This document shows, one piece after another, positions 39,251-49,590 of a DNA stretch of 64,000 nucleotides. The notes under the pieces were generated by a model, which had not been told where the DNA came from, did not search any database, and was given only the letters and a program-made list of their open reading frames with translations. The DNA comes from a virus. Its lineage: Duplodnaviria > Caudoviricetes. The DNA is taken from positions 54,645 through 118,644 of IMG/VR virus record IMGVR_UViG_3300032321_000388, one strand, 5' to 3'. Both the position numbers and the translations under genes were made by a program. Numbering within the stretch: the first letter of the stretch is position 1; every line of letters starts with the position of its first letter.

Positions 39251-40084
39251 ATGGCAACGATAACACTAAGAAGTATTAAAGGATCACCTCTAACTATTAC
39301 AGAGATGGACGATAATTTCAGTAATCTTAATACTGATGTAGGTAATAAAGTATCAACTTCAACCTATACTGGTTCGGATATACTAACAAAATTACTTACA
39401 GTTGATGGATCTGGTTCTGGATTAGATGCTGACTTATTAGATGGAAAAAATACAGCTTCAACAGATACTATTAATACTATAGTTGCTAGAGATGGTTCTG
39501 GTAATTTTGCTGCCAATCAAATTACAGCAACTACTTTTACTGGATCATTAGTAGTTCCTACAACTGGTTCTGTTTCTTTATCTGGATCAAGTTCAGGTTC
39601 TATTACTCTTGCTGTTCCTTCTTCTGCTGGAACAAACACAATTACATTCCCAGCTACTACAGGTAATGTGGTAACTACAGGAGATTCTGGTACAGTTACA
39701 AACACAATGCTTGCTGGTTCAATAGCAAACTCTAAACTTGCTAATAGTACAATTACTATTGATGGTAATGCAGTATCTCTTGGTGGATCTGTAAGTATTT
39801 CATCAGGTAATATTACTTGGACTGGTGCTCAAGTATTTAGAGATAATAAATGGACAATGACTGATAATACAGATACTACTAAAGCATTTGTATTTGAAGC
39901 ATCAGGTATTGGAGCTAATACAACAAGAACTCTAACAGTTCCTAATTCAGATGGAACTATTGCTACACAAACATATGTTCAAAATTATATTCAAACTGCA
40001 GGTTTTAATTCACAGGGAACAAAAACAATTTCTTCTAGTACTCCATCAGGCGGTGTTGATGGCGACATTTGGTATCAGGTATAA
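39251..40084 (+). CDS. Tail fibre protein, paralog of ORF 32715 without the S74 domain
   Basis: LR..KGSPLT..EMDDNFSNLN, GSGLDADLLDG, MLAGSIANSKL, ending PSGGVDGDIWYQV. Confidence 0.8.
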   Translation: MATITLRSIKGSPLTITEMDDNFSNLNTDVGNKVSTSTYTGSDILTKLLTVDGSGSGLDADLLDGKNTASTDTINTIVARDGSGNFAANQITATTFTGSLVVPTTGSVSLSGSSSGSITLAVPSSAGTNTITFPATTGNVVTTGDSGTVTNTMLAGSIANSKLANSTITIDGNAVSLGGSVSISSGNITWTGAQVFRDNKWTMTDNTDTTKAFVFEASGIGANTTRTLTVPNSDGTIATQTYVQNYIQTAGFNSQGTKTISSSTPSGGVDGDIWYQV

Positions 40085-41034
40085 TGCCAACATTATACGT
40101 TAAAAATAACGGGGCTTGGAAACAAGTCAAAGAGATGTGGGTCAAGAAGGATGGTGTATGGACGAACCCAACAACTTCTTATGTTAAAGATGGTGGTACA
40201 TTAAAAAAGTTTTATCCATCACAAAAGTTAGTTGCAGTAACATCACCATCATATTATAATTATACATTCATTAGTGGACAAGGTGGAACTGGTAATGGGG
40301 GTGAAGTAATATCCGGTCCAGCTCCAGCTAAAGAAGATGGTGGATTCAGAACGGGTGATAGATATTTCCCAGTTGATGGAACATATGCTACAGCATTTAC
40401 TAATTATTGTTATCCATTTACAGCAAATGATACTTCAGGATTAACTACATTTAGATCACTTATAACTGGAACATACAATGCAATGTTCTCCAGTGTTTCA
40501 TCTATCACTACTGTTGGTGGAGTCACATCTTTTACTGCAGTATTAAATACTGGTTATCATTTTAATATGGTAGATGCTGCTGGCAACGTTAGAGTCTTAG
40601 CTAATCCAGGAACTACTTACACTTTTGCAATCACTTCAACCCAAACTGGAGTTTGGGGAGGCAGTACTCCAGTGTATTATACAGGTACTCAGTACTTTTA
40701 TGGTTATCAAAGCCAAGGTACAGTATGGAAGAATACAACAAATCTAGCTGGGGATGCTTATGTTACTATTAATGTTTCAGGAGTCAGTAAAGTTTGTAAT
40801 GTAAGGATTCGAATAGATAATGGACTCGGAGGAGCAAGTGACATAGTATATACTTCTACACAAGGTGAAAGAACATCTACTTTTAGTGGTACATTAGGGC
40901 CATATTCTGTGCCGGTTGGAGGATCTATTCAAGTTTCACATTATTGGTGGGGCACTGGCAATTTTAGCAATTCTTCATATATTAGTAGCGGGACATGGCA
41001 AGTTGGCACTAAAGTCGCTAGATGGTACGAATAA
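40084..41034 (+). CDS. Putative fibre-tip receptor-binding protein
   Basis: Three YVK..G.W-type repeats at the N-terminus. ATG at 40084 overlaps the upstream stop. Confidence 0.6.
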   Translation: MPTLYVKNNGAWKQVKEMWVKKDGVWTNPTTSYVKDGGTLKKFYPSQKLVAVTSPSYYNYTFISGQGGTGNGGEVISGPAPAKEDGGFRTGDRYFPVDGTYATAFTNYCYPFTANDTSGLTTFRSLITGTYNAMFSSVSSITTVGGVTSFTAVLNTGYHFNMVDAAGNVRVLANPGTTYTFAITSTQTGVWGGSTPVYYTGTQYFYGYQSQGTVWKNTTNLAGDAYVTINVSGVSKVCNVRIRIDNGLGGASDIVYTSTQGERTSTFSGTLGPYSVPVGGSIQVSHYWWGTGNFSNSSYISSGTWQVGTKVARWYE

Positions 41035-41037
41035 TAA

Positions 41038-41045
41038 TATAAATA
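41038..41045 (+). promoter_or_regulatory. Late promoter
   Basis: TATAAATA. Confidence 0.7.
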
Positions 41046-41051
41046 ATAACT

Positions 41052-41396
41052 ATGGCAGCTATAACAAATTTTTACATCGACACTGGATCCACATTTGGAG
41101 CAGTAATTACAGTCAAAGGATCTGATGGATTGCCATTAAACTTGACTGGGTTTTCTGTGTCTTCTTACATTAGAAAATCGTATGCATCAAGAACCCATAT
41201 TGACTTTAATGCTACAATATATTCTATTGTAGGTGGTCAAATACGGGTTTCTCTTACTGATGAGAGTACAACCGGTATTAAACCTGGTCGTTATATGTAT
41301 GACATTGAGATTGAATCTCCTATTGGAGAAAGATTAAGAGTTTCAGAAGGTATTATTATCTTCACTCCTCAAATTACAAAGCCTGATCCGGCATAA
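41052..41396 (+). CDS. Conserved small virion structural/adaptor protein
   Basis: N.YID.GSTF, LNLTG, IRKSY, PGRYMYDIEI, RV.EGII..TP.IT. Confidence 0.7.
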   Translation: MAAITNFYIDTGSTFGAVITVKGSDGLPLNLTGFSVSSYIRKSYASRTHIDFNATIYSIVGGQIRVSLTDESTTGIKPGRYMYDIEIESPIGERLRVSEGIIIFTPQITKPDPA

Positions 41397-41407
41397 AGGA
41401 ATAATAA

Positions 41408-42724
41408 GTGGCAGATTTATTTGTAGAAGTCTCGGCCGTTGGTATACAAGGCTTATCTGGTGGCGGTACTGGTAACGGTGCAACTGGTTCTACAGGTCCT
41501 GCAGGCGCTACTGGTGCTCAAGGTGCTAGTGGTATTGCTGGTGCAAGTGGTACAGGTGGAGCTGGTTCTGGTGCTACTGGTTCAACAGGAGCTCAAGGTG
41601 CAAGTGGTGTAGCCGGTTCAAGTGGCATATCAGGTGCATCTGGTTATGTAGGATCTGACGGTGCTACTGGTCCAAGTGGAGCTGCAGGTTCAACAGGAGC
41701 TCAAGGTGCAAGTGGTTCAACAGGATTAACTGGTGCAACAGGTATACGAGGCGCAAGCGGTGTAGATGGTACATCATTCACTATTGTAGGCACTGTAGCG
41801 ACTTCATCATCACTCCCTATCCCATATACTGGAAGTGTTGGTGACGGTTACATCACCGAAGATTTAGGAGATCTATGGGTTTGGGATGGATCTGCATGGT
41901 TAGATGCTGGCCCAATAGTAGGTCCTGCTGGTGCAACTGGTACTGCTGGTGCAACAGGTGTAAGAGGTGCAACAGGTATAAGAGGTGCTTCTGGAGTTGA
42001 CGGAGCTTCAGGATATGTTGGTTTAGATGGTGCAACCGGTATTAGAGGCGCAAGTGGTATTCAAGGTGCTAGTGGCGCTAGTGGTACCAATGGTGCAACT
42101 GGTTCTGCTGGTATCAATGGAGCAACTGGTGTTGCTGGTGCTACTGGTGCAGGATTAGTTCAAACAACTTTCACTACATCATCTACAAATACAGTAGTAT
42201 TAGAAACTATCAACTCAGCATTACATAGAAGTGCTAAGTATGATATGCAATTAACTTCTTCAACGATGTATCAAGTAACAGAATTGAGATTACTTGTAGA
42301 CTTACCAAATGTATACTTAACACAATATGGAGCTGTTGGTGATCCATTAGGATCATTCGATGCATATTACTCACCAGCAAGTAGTGACTACTCTTCACCA
42401 GATATAAATACTGTTGCGTTATCATTTTGGAATGGAAGTAACGTACGAATTTATACAACTGATGATGATGTAATCTTAGGATTATTATCTGCTCCAATAG
42501 GTACAGTGTTTACATTAAATAGTGGAGCAACTACATTCACATCATCAGCATTATTTACTGAAGTATCAGCTGGTATATATGGAACTACTGCTACCGTATC
42601 GCAATCACCGACATTAACAATATCACGTATAGTGTGGACAGGTACCGGCAATATTGAACTAAGGTTTACACCTGTTCATGCAGTAACCACTTTAAAATAT
42701 TTACGAACTGTAATAGAAGTTTAA
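41408..42724 (+). CDS. Collagen-like fibre protein
   Basis: G-X-Y tracts, GDLWVWDGSAW, and an RSAKY...Q.TE...YG C-terminal domain carrying an insertion. Confidence 0.75.
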   Translation: MADLFVEVSAVGIQGLSGGGTGNGATGSTGPAGATGAQGASGIAGASGTGGAGSGATGSTGAQGASGVAGSSGISGASGYVGSDGATGPSGAAGSTGAQGASGSTGLTGATGIRGASGVDGTSFTIVGTVATSSSLPIPYTGSVGDGYITEDLGDLWVWDGSAWLDAGPIVGPAGATGTAGATGVRGATGIRGASGVDGASGYVGLDGATGIRGASGIQGASGASGTNGATGSAGINGATGVAGATGAGLVQTTFTTSSTNTVVLETINSALHRSAKYDMQLTSSTMYQVTELRLLVDLPNVYLTQYGAVGDPLGSFDAYYSPASSDYSSPDINTVALSFWNGSNVRIYTTDDDVILGLLSAPIGTVFTLNSGATTFTSSALFTEVSAGIYGTTATVSQSPTLTISRIVWTGTGNIELRFTPVHAVTTLKYLRTVIEV

Positions 42725-42755
42725 TAAAAGTGTAATGATTATCAAATTTTTTTCA

Positions 42756-42763
42756 TATAAATA
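42756..42763 (+). promoter_or_regulatory. Late promoter
   Basis: TATAAATA. Confidence 0.75.
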
Positions 42764-42801
42764 ACCTAATAAAGCACTAACACCATCAAGGAGACTTAAC
42801 T

Positions 42802-45597
42802 GTGGCAACCAATAATTCAAAATTCGTAGTAAAGAACGGGCTTTCGGTAGGCGGAGGTGCTTCCGGTCCAATAGACGTCATTGACGCCAATGGTAATTGG
42901 ATAGGAGCTCAACTTCCTTCTGGTGCTACCGGGGTAAATGGTGCTTCTGGTGTAAATGGTGCAACAGGTATTCAAGGTGCTTCTGGCTCAACAGGATTAA
43001 CTGGAGCGACAGGTATTGATGGTGCTTCTGGTGCGACAGGTTTAACCGGTGCTAGTGGAGCAACAGGTATCCAAGGTGCCTCAGGTTCGACAGGCTTAAC
43101 AGGTGCTACAGGTTTTAATGGTGTAGATGGTGCTTCAGGCGCTACAGGTATTCAAGGTGCTTCAGGTTCAACAGGTTTACATGGTGCTACTGGTATCCAA
43201 GGTGCCTCAGGTTCAACAGGATTAACAGGTGCAACAGGTTTCACTGGTGCTACAGGTATTCAAGGTGCTTCAGGTGCAACAGGTTTACAAGGTGCAAGTG
43301 GTGCTACAGGTATCCAAGGTGCTTCAGGTGCTACTGGTATTAATGGAGCTTCAGGTGCAACAGGTATTAGAGGCGCATCAGGTGCTACTGGTATTAATGG
43401 TGCAACTGGTATTAACGGTGCTACTGGTTTAACAGGCGCTACAGGTATCGATGGTGCATCAGGTGCTACTGGTATTGACGGTGCAACTGGTTATACTGGT
43501 GCTACAGGTTCTGCTGGTGCAGACGGCGACAAATACAATACTCAATCTGTAACTACATTCCAACTATCAGCTGATGGTGCTACAGGTATAGTTTACATTA
43601 CAGCAGACTCAGACCTAGATTATTCAATAGGTCAATCAATTATTTTAGCTAATGGCATTAACTTTATCCAACGTGGTACTGTTATTAGTTATAGCGGTGC
43701 ATCAGGTGCTACAGGTGTATTAACATTTAGAAAAGATACTTTTGTTGGTGCTTCAGGTGCTACAGGTTCTTCTTGGGAAATTAACTTAGACGGTGCAGTA
43801 GGTGTACAAGGTGCTACTGGTCATACTGGTTCAACCGGTATCCAAGGCGCTTCTGGTGCTACAGGTTTCCAAGGTGCTTCAGGTGCAACGGGTATCCAAG
43901 GTGCAAGTGGTTCTACTGGTATTAATGGAGCAAGCGGTGCTACCGGTATTGACGGTGCAAGTGGTGCAACGGGTATTCAAGGTGCTAGCGGTGCAACAGG
44001 TATCAATGGTGCTTCAGGTGCTACAGGATTAACTGGTGCTAGCGGTGCTACAGGTATTCAAGGTGCCTCAGGTTCGACTGGATTAACGGGCGCGACAGGT
44101 ATTCAAGGTGCTTCAGGTTCAACAGGATTAACAGGTGCAACCGGTCAAACTGGTGCTACAGGTATCAATGGAGCCTCAGGTGCTACAGGTTTACAAGGTG
44201 CTAGTGGAGCAACAGGTATCAACGGCGCATCAGGCGCTACAGGTATCAATGGTGCTTCAGGTGCTACAGGATTACAAGGTGCTAGTGGAGCTACAGGAGC
44301 TCAAGGTGCTTCTGGTTCAACAGGTGCGAATGGTGCTTCAGGTATTACGGGTCTTGATGGTGCAACTGGTACAGTAGGTGCTAGTGGTGCAACAGGTGCA
44401 CAAGGTGCTTCAGGATCAACCGGTTTACAAGGTGCTTCAGGTGCTACTGGTATATTCGGTGCAACAGGTTATCAAGGTGCATCTGGAATTCAAGGTGCTT
44501 CAGGTTCAACAGGATTAACAGGTGCAACTGGTGTAGATGGAGCTTCTGGTGTTGAAGGTGCAACTGGTCAAACTGGTGCTACAGGTACAAATGGTGCTTC
44601 TGGTGTTGAAGGTGCAACTGGTCAAACTGGTGCTACAGGTATCCAAGGAGCAAGCGGTGCTAGCGGCATAAATGGTGCTACTGGTTTCACTGGTGCTACT
44701 GGTATTGCTGGTTCAAGCGGTGCTGAAGGCGATACATATGCAACTTCATACACAGGTTCATTAACACTAGAAAATAATGGAGCTACAGGTGTAATTTACA
44801 CTGCAGACGGTTTACTTGACTATACAGTCGGTCAAACTATCATTATTGCAATAAGCCCATCAGTAGGTCAAGTTGGTACTGTTATTAGTTATAGTGGTGC
44901 AAGCGGTGCTACTGGTGTCCTAACATTTAGAAAAGATACTTTCGAAGGTTCATCAGGTGCTACCGGTGGAACATGGCAAGTTAACTTAGAAGGTGCACAA
45001 GGTGTACAAGGTGCAAGCGGTATTACAGGTGCTTCAGGTATTACTGGTGCCTCAGGTTCAACAGGTATTAATGGTGCAACAGGTTATCAAGGCGTTGATG
45101 GTGCAACTGGTTTCACTGGTGCTACAGGTATCCAAGGTGCTTCAGGTTCAACTGGTTTAGTTGGTGCCACAGGTTTAACAGGTGCTACAGGTATCCAAGG
45201 TGCATCAGGTTCAACAGGATTAACAGGTGCAACTGGTGTTACTGGTAATGGAGGTGCTACTGGTGCGACAGGTGCAGCAGGTGACGGATTATACATCGAT
45301 GACGCAGCTTTAACTACTACAGTACCTAATCAAACTATTGATTCATATAGTGCTAGTACATATAGAACAGCTAAGTATATCATTCAAGCTACACACACTG
45401 GTGATGTTCACTCAACAGAAGTAATCGTTACACATAACGGTTCAGATGCTGCAGTAACTGAATACGCCACAATGTTCTCAAATGCAAGTTTAATGACTGT
45501 ATCAGCAGAATTATTATCAGGTACAGTATACGTTAAAGTATCACCTGCAAATACAAATACAGACATTGACTTCTTAAGAGAAGCAGTATTAGCATAA
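42802..45597 (+). CDS. Long collagen-like fibre protein
   Basis: KFVVKNGL N-terminus, extensive GATG/GASG triplets, two interrupting DY..GQ.II...W..NL.G modules, and a [10 protein letters not shown]-terminal domain. Confidence 0.8.
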   Translation: MATNNSKFVVKNGLSVGGGASGPIDVIDANGNWIGAQLPSGATGVNGASGVNGATGIQGASGSTGLTGATGIDGASGATGLTGASGATGIQGASGSTGLTGATGFNGVDGASGATGIQGASGSTGLHGATGIQGASGSTGLTGATGFTGATGIQGASGATGLQGASGATGIQGASGATGINGASGATGIRGASGATGINGATGINGATGLTGATGIDGASGATGIDGATGYTGATGSAGADGDKYNTQSVTTFQLSADGATGIVYITADSDLDYSIGQSIILANGINFIQRGTVISYSGASGATGVLTFRKDTFVGASGATGSSWEINLDGAVGVQGATGHTGSTGIQGASGATGFQGASGATGIQGASGSTGINGASGATGIDGASGATGIQGASGATGINGASGATGLTGASGATGIQGASGSTGLTGATGIQGASGSTGLTGATGQTGATGINGASGATGLQGASGATGINGASGATGINGASGATGLQGASGATGAQGASGSTGANGASGITGLDGATGTVGASGATGAQGASGSTGLQGASGATGIFGATGYQGASGIQGASGSTGLTGATGVDGASGVEGATGQTGATGTNGASGVEGATGQTGATGIQGASGASGINGATGFTGATGIAGSSGAEGDTYATSYTGSLTLENNGATGVIYTADGLLDYTVGQTIIIAISPSVGQVGTVISYSGASGATGVLTFRKDTFEGSSGATGGTWQVNLEGAQGVQGASGITGASGITGASGSTGINGATGYQGVDGATGFTGATGIQGASGSTGLVGATGLTGATGIQGASGSTGLTGATGVTGNGGATGATGAAGDGLYIDDAALTTTVPNQTIDSYSASTYRTAKYIIQATHTGDVHSTEVIVTHNGSDAAVTEYATMFSNASLMTVSAELLSGTVYVKVSPANTNTDIDFLREAVLA

Positions 45598-45633
45598 TAA
45601 CAAATATAGACGGATTAATCTGGGAGATTACAC

Positions 45634-48600
45634 GTGGCAACAAATGATATAAAGTTTAACGTCAAGAACGGCCTAGCAGTTGGTGCTTCCGGTATCCAAG
45701 TTATCAACCCTCAAGCAGAATGGGTTGGTACAGCACAATCTCCTTATGGTGCAACAGGTTCAGCCGGTGTAACAGGTGGTGCTGGTATCGCTGGTGCATC
45801 TGGAATTACTGGTGCTTCTGGTGTTGCAGGTGCTACAGGCTCTCAGGGTATTAATGGTGCTAATGGTGTACAAGGTGCTACAGGCGTATTAGGTTCTACC
45901 GGTGCTGACGGAGCTTCTGGAATTACTGGTGCTTCTGGTGCTCAAGGTTATCAAGGCGCTACAGGTTTATTAGGTTCTACAGGTGCTGACGGCGCTTCTG
46001 GTGTTCAAGGATCTACTGGTGCAGATGGCATACAAGGCGCTTCAGGTACAGTAGGATTAATTGGTGACACCGGATTAGAAGGTGACCAAGGTATTACTGG
46101 TGCAGATGGTTTTCAAGGTTCTACAGGTGCTCAAGGTTTTCAAGGTTCTACGGGTGCACAAGGTATCAATGGAGCTAGCGGAGCAGACGGTGTTCAAGGT
46201 TCTACAGGTGCTCAAGGTATAGACGGAGCATCAGGTGTAACTGGTTCTTCAGGTCCAACAGGTCAAGACGGTGCAACTGGTGCTTCTATAAGTGCTTTAG
46301 TTATTGGCATAGGCTATGAATGGACTAGTGGCCAACTAGTATGGAATGGTAATGCATTTGCTGGCGGAGTATCTCCATCAGTAGCAAGACTAGAATTCTT
46401 ACAAACAGATCCAGTTTATTCATACTTAAATTCATTATCTTCTGGTACTCAAATAATTATAGATTGGCCTTCATCTGGTCTATCTAATATAGGAACAGTT
46501 ACTACTATAGGTACTGTTCAAGCCCCAACCGCATATACTTCTGGAAGACATTATCTACAAGTAAGTGGAAATCCTGATGGATTTGCATCTGGTGGATATG
46601 CTTCAACAGACTCAACCCCTGGCGATATATTAGTCATTGGTGAAGGTTTACAAAATCAAGGATCTCGTGGTACTCAAGGAGCTACCGGTCAAACTGGTGC
46701 AACAGGTCCTCATGGTGATAATTACCATTCTTCTTCTATATCTCCATTTACACTAAGCGCAGAAGGCGCTACTGGTTCAGTTACATTGACAAATACGTCA
46801 ATGGAATATTCAGTTGGTCAAAAAATTGTTCTTGCATATGATATTAACAATCTCCAATATGGTTCAGTTATTAGTTATAATGCAGGTACTGGTGTATTAG
46901 TATTTTCAAAAGATGAAGCTGTCGGCTCAGGCATGTATTCATCATGGGAAGTTAATTTAGATGGATCAATTGGTCCAATTGGTGCATCAGGTGTAACAGG
47001 ACAAGGTGGTGCTACTGGTTCAACAGGAGCACAAGGCACACAAGGTGCTTCAGGTTTATTAGGTTCTACAGGAGCTAATGGTGCTCAAGGTATTGACGGT
47101 GCTTCAGGAGCTGCTGGTTCCACAGGAGCAGATGGTGCTTCAGGCATAACTGGTACTACAGGTGCTCAAGGTATTGATGGCGCTTCAGGCGCAGATGGTG
47201 TTCAAGGTGCTACAGGTGTATTAGGTTCTACTGGTGCTGATGGAGCTTCAGGTATAACTGGTACTACAGGTGCACAAGGTATTGTAGGAGCAAGCGGTAC
47301 GGTAGGATTAATTGGTGACACTGGATTAGAAGGCGACCAAGGTACTACTGGTCTTGATGGTGTTCAAGGTTCTACAGGTGCTCAAGGTATAAACGGAGCT
47401 TCAGGTGCTCAAGGTATCAATGGAGCTAGTGGAGCAGATGGAGTTCAAGGTTCTACAGGTGCACAAGGTTTTCAAGGTATCAATGGTGAACAAGGTTTTC
47501 AAGGTGCAAGCGGTTCGACTGGTTTAACTGGTTCTACAGGCGCTCAAGGTACAGATGGTAGTGGTTATACAATCTATGAAACTGATGCTTATCATGATGG
47601 TGATTGGGATAATATTGAGTGGACAGGTTCAACACTTACTGGCGATGGCTCAGCCCGCATATCATTTAATAATGCACAACCAATATACAATCGCTTATCT
47701 TCACTTTCTTTAGGTGATTTATTCACTATAAAGTTCTTTGGATCAGGCGGAACCATTGCCCAAACAGTTTCAGTTACAGAAACATTTAGTTTAGATGGAA
47801 CATATAATACTCATAAAATAAAAGTAAGTGCTGAACCAAATAATAACGCAAGTACACAACTTATTTCAACAAATTTTGGCGATATACTTGAGTTTGTTAC
47901 ATATGCAGGTCCAACAAATACTGGTATCCAAGGTTCATCAGGTGCACAAGGTGCTACAGGTTCAGTAGGTAATGCAGGTATAGATGGTGCCACAGGTTTT
48001 GCAGGAGCAAGCGGTGCTTCAGGTATAACTGGTTCATCTGGTCCTACAGGTGTAGATGGTGCAACAGGTTCTATTGGTACTAATGCTGCGACAGGTCCTA
48101 CAGGTGTAGGCGGCGCTACAGGTATTATTGGTACTAATGCTGCAACTGGCCCAACAGGCGTAAATGGTCAACAAGGTATTAATGGTGCATCAGGTGTAAA
48201 TGGAGCTTCAGGTGTAATAGGTAATACTGGTACAGATGGCGCTACAGGATACCACGGCATACAATTAAAAGCAAATGCAAGCGGCAGCTACTCAATAACA
48301 GGTGTAGGTACAACTCAAACAGCGGTATCATTCCTTGCTGATGCAGAATCTGGTAACACATTCTATAATTACTCAGTCGGCCAAACAATTATCATGGCCA
48401 AAGATTTTAACAACTACATGGTTGGTGATATCACAGCGACTGACGGAACATACATCGACTTTACAGTTACTAAGTCAGTTGGTAGTGCATCTAGTGTAAG
48501 TGGTTGGATAGTCAACCTTGACGGAGCAGTAGGTTGGATTGGTGCTTCAGGTGCAACGGGTTTAAATGGTGCTACTGGTATCTTAGGTGCATCAGGTGCA

Positions 48601-49101
48601 ACTGGTATCATAGGTGCTTCAGGTTCTGATGGTGCTTCAGGCGTAACTGGTCAAAATGGTGCACAAGGTATTGGTGGTGCTTCAGGTACTCAAGGTGCTT
48701 CAGGTATTACAGGACAAACCGGAACTCAAGGTATTGGTGGTGCTAGTGGTACTACTGGTAACCAAGGTGCGACTGGTATTACTGGTGCTACAGGTGTACT
48801 AGGTGCTACAGGCTTCAGTTTACATACAGGTGCTACAAGTTTTACTGGTACTTCACAACAAACAATGGAATTATTTGCATCTAACCAATACGGTACTACT
48901 AAATACTTGATCCAAGGTATAGATGCTGACGATAATGTACAAGTTACTCAAGTCATACTAACACATAATGCAACTGGTGTATACATAACAGAATACGCTA
49001 CACTCAATTTATCTGGTGCAGAATATGGTGACTTCATGACATTATTTGGTACAGAAGATTTAGAAACATCAACTGGTTCTCCAGAAGATTTAAGCCTATA
49101 A
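45634..49101 (+). CDS. Long collagen-like fibre protein; C-terminal domain continues in the next ORF
   Basis: KFNVKNGL, collagen tracts, and YGTTKYLIQ...VYITEYATL. Confidence 0.8.
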   Translation: MATNDIKFNVKNGLAVGASGIQVINPQAEWVGTAQSPYGATGSAGVTGGAGIAGASGITGASGVAGATGSQGINGANGVQGATGVLGSTGADGASGITGASGAQGYQGATGLLGSTGADGASGVQGSTGADGIQGASGTVGLIGDTGLEGDQGITGADGFQGSTGAQGFQGSTGAQGINGASGADGVQGSTGAQGIDGASGVTGSSGPTGQDGATGASISALVIGIGYEWTSGQLVWNGNAFAGGVSPSVARLEFLQTDPVYSYLNSLSSGTQIIIDWPSSGLSNIGTVTTIGTVQAPTAYTSGRHYLQVSGNPDGFASGGYASTDSTPGDILVIGEGLQNQGSRGTQGATGQTGATGPHGDNYHSSSISPFTLSAEGATGSVTLTNTSMEYSVGQKIVLAYDINNLQYGSVISYNAGTGVLVFSKDEAVGSGMYSSWEVNLDGSIGPIGASGVTGQGGATGSTGAQGTQGASGLLGSTGANGAQGIDGASGAAGSTGADGASGITGTTGAQGIDGASGADGVQGATGVLGSTGADGASGITGTTGAQGIVGASGTVGLIGDTGLEGDQGTTGLDGVQGSTGAQGINGASGAQGINGASGADGVQGSTGAQGFQGINGEQGFQGASGSTGLTGSTGAQGTDGSGYTIYETDAYHDGDWDNIEWTGSTLTGDGSARISFNNAQPIYNRLSSLSLGDLFTIKFFGSGGTIAQTVSVTETFSLDGTYNTHKIKVSAEPNNNASTQLISTNFGDILEFVTYAGPTNTGIQGSSGAQGATGSVGNAGIDGATGFAGASGASGITGSSGPTGVDGATGSIGTNAATGPTGVGGATGIIGTNAATGPTGVNGQQGINGASGVNGASGVIGNTGTDGATGYHGIQLKANASGSYSITGVGTTQTAVSFLADAESGNTFYNYSVGQTIIMAKDFNNYMVGDITATDGTYIDFTVTKSVGSASSVSGWIVNLDGAVGWIGASGATGLNGATGILGASGATGIIGASGSDGASGVTGQNGAQGIGGASGTQGASGITGQTGTQGIGGASGTTGNQGATGITGATGVLGATGFSLHTGATSFTGTSQQTMELFASNQYGTTKYLIQGIDADDNVQVTQVILTHNATGVYITEYATLNLSGAEYGDFMTLFGTEDLETSTGSPEDLSL

Positions 49102-49113
49102 AGGAAAAATGAT

Positions 49114-49530
49114 ATGTCAGTATTCTCAGTGACGGCAACTACTAGTGGTTCAGTAGTCTCTATAAAAGTAACACCAACTAGTTCTGGAATTACCGATTTT
49201 AAATGGGTAAGAGAACAAGTAAGAGCTCGTATTGGTGGAACTACAGTAGAAGGAGATGGTACTACACAATTTAGTGCATTTTCAAATGCTGATAATGGAG
49301 CAATTCCAGTGGGTAAATCATACCTTTATCCTGGAACTTATTGGTCAGGAGCTATTGATTTTTCAGCAGAGGTAGGAAACAGTATGACATTTGATATAGC
49401 TGGTGTGGGTCCTCAGAATCCAGCAGTAGGTACTGTAGATAGCTGGGACGGAAGTACATTAATTGTTACTATAGTAAGTGGTTCATTTACTAATAGGACT
49501 GCATTAGATAAAATTACTTATGGTTACTAA
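49114..49530 (+). CDS. Second part of the split fibre C-terminal domain plus an extra domain
   Basis: Same frame as ORF 45634. SVTATTSGSVVSIKVTP...DFKWVRE aligns with the C-terminus of ORF 42802. Has its own AAGGA RBS. Confidence 0.7.
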   Translation: MSVFSVTATTSGSVVSIKVTPTSSGITDFKWVREQVRARIGGTTVEGDGTTQFSAFSNADNGAIPVGKSYLYPGTYWSGAIDFSAEVGNSMTFDIAGVGPQNPAVGTVDSWDGSTLIVTIVSGSFTNRTALDKITYGY

Positions 49531-49547
49531 TTGAAGACTTAACGGAT

Positions 49548-49555
49548 TATAAATA
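49548..49555 (+). promoter_or_regulatory. Late promoter
   Basis: TATAAATA. Confidence 0.7.
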
Positions 49556-49590
49556 ACAAATAGAAATTAACAAAATTTTCGGAGCAAAAC

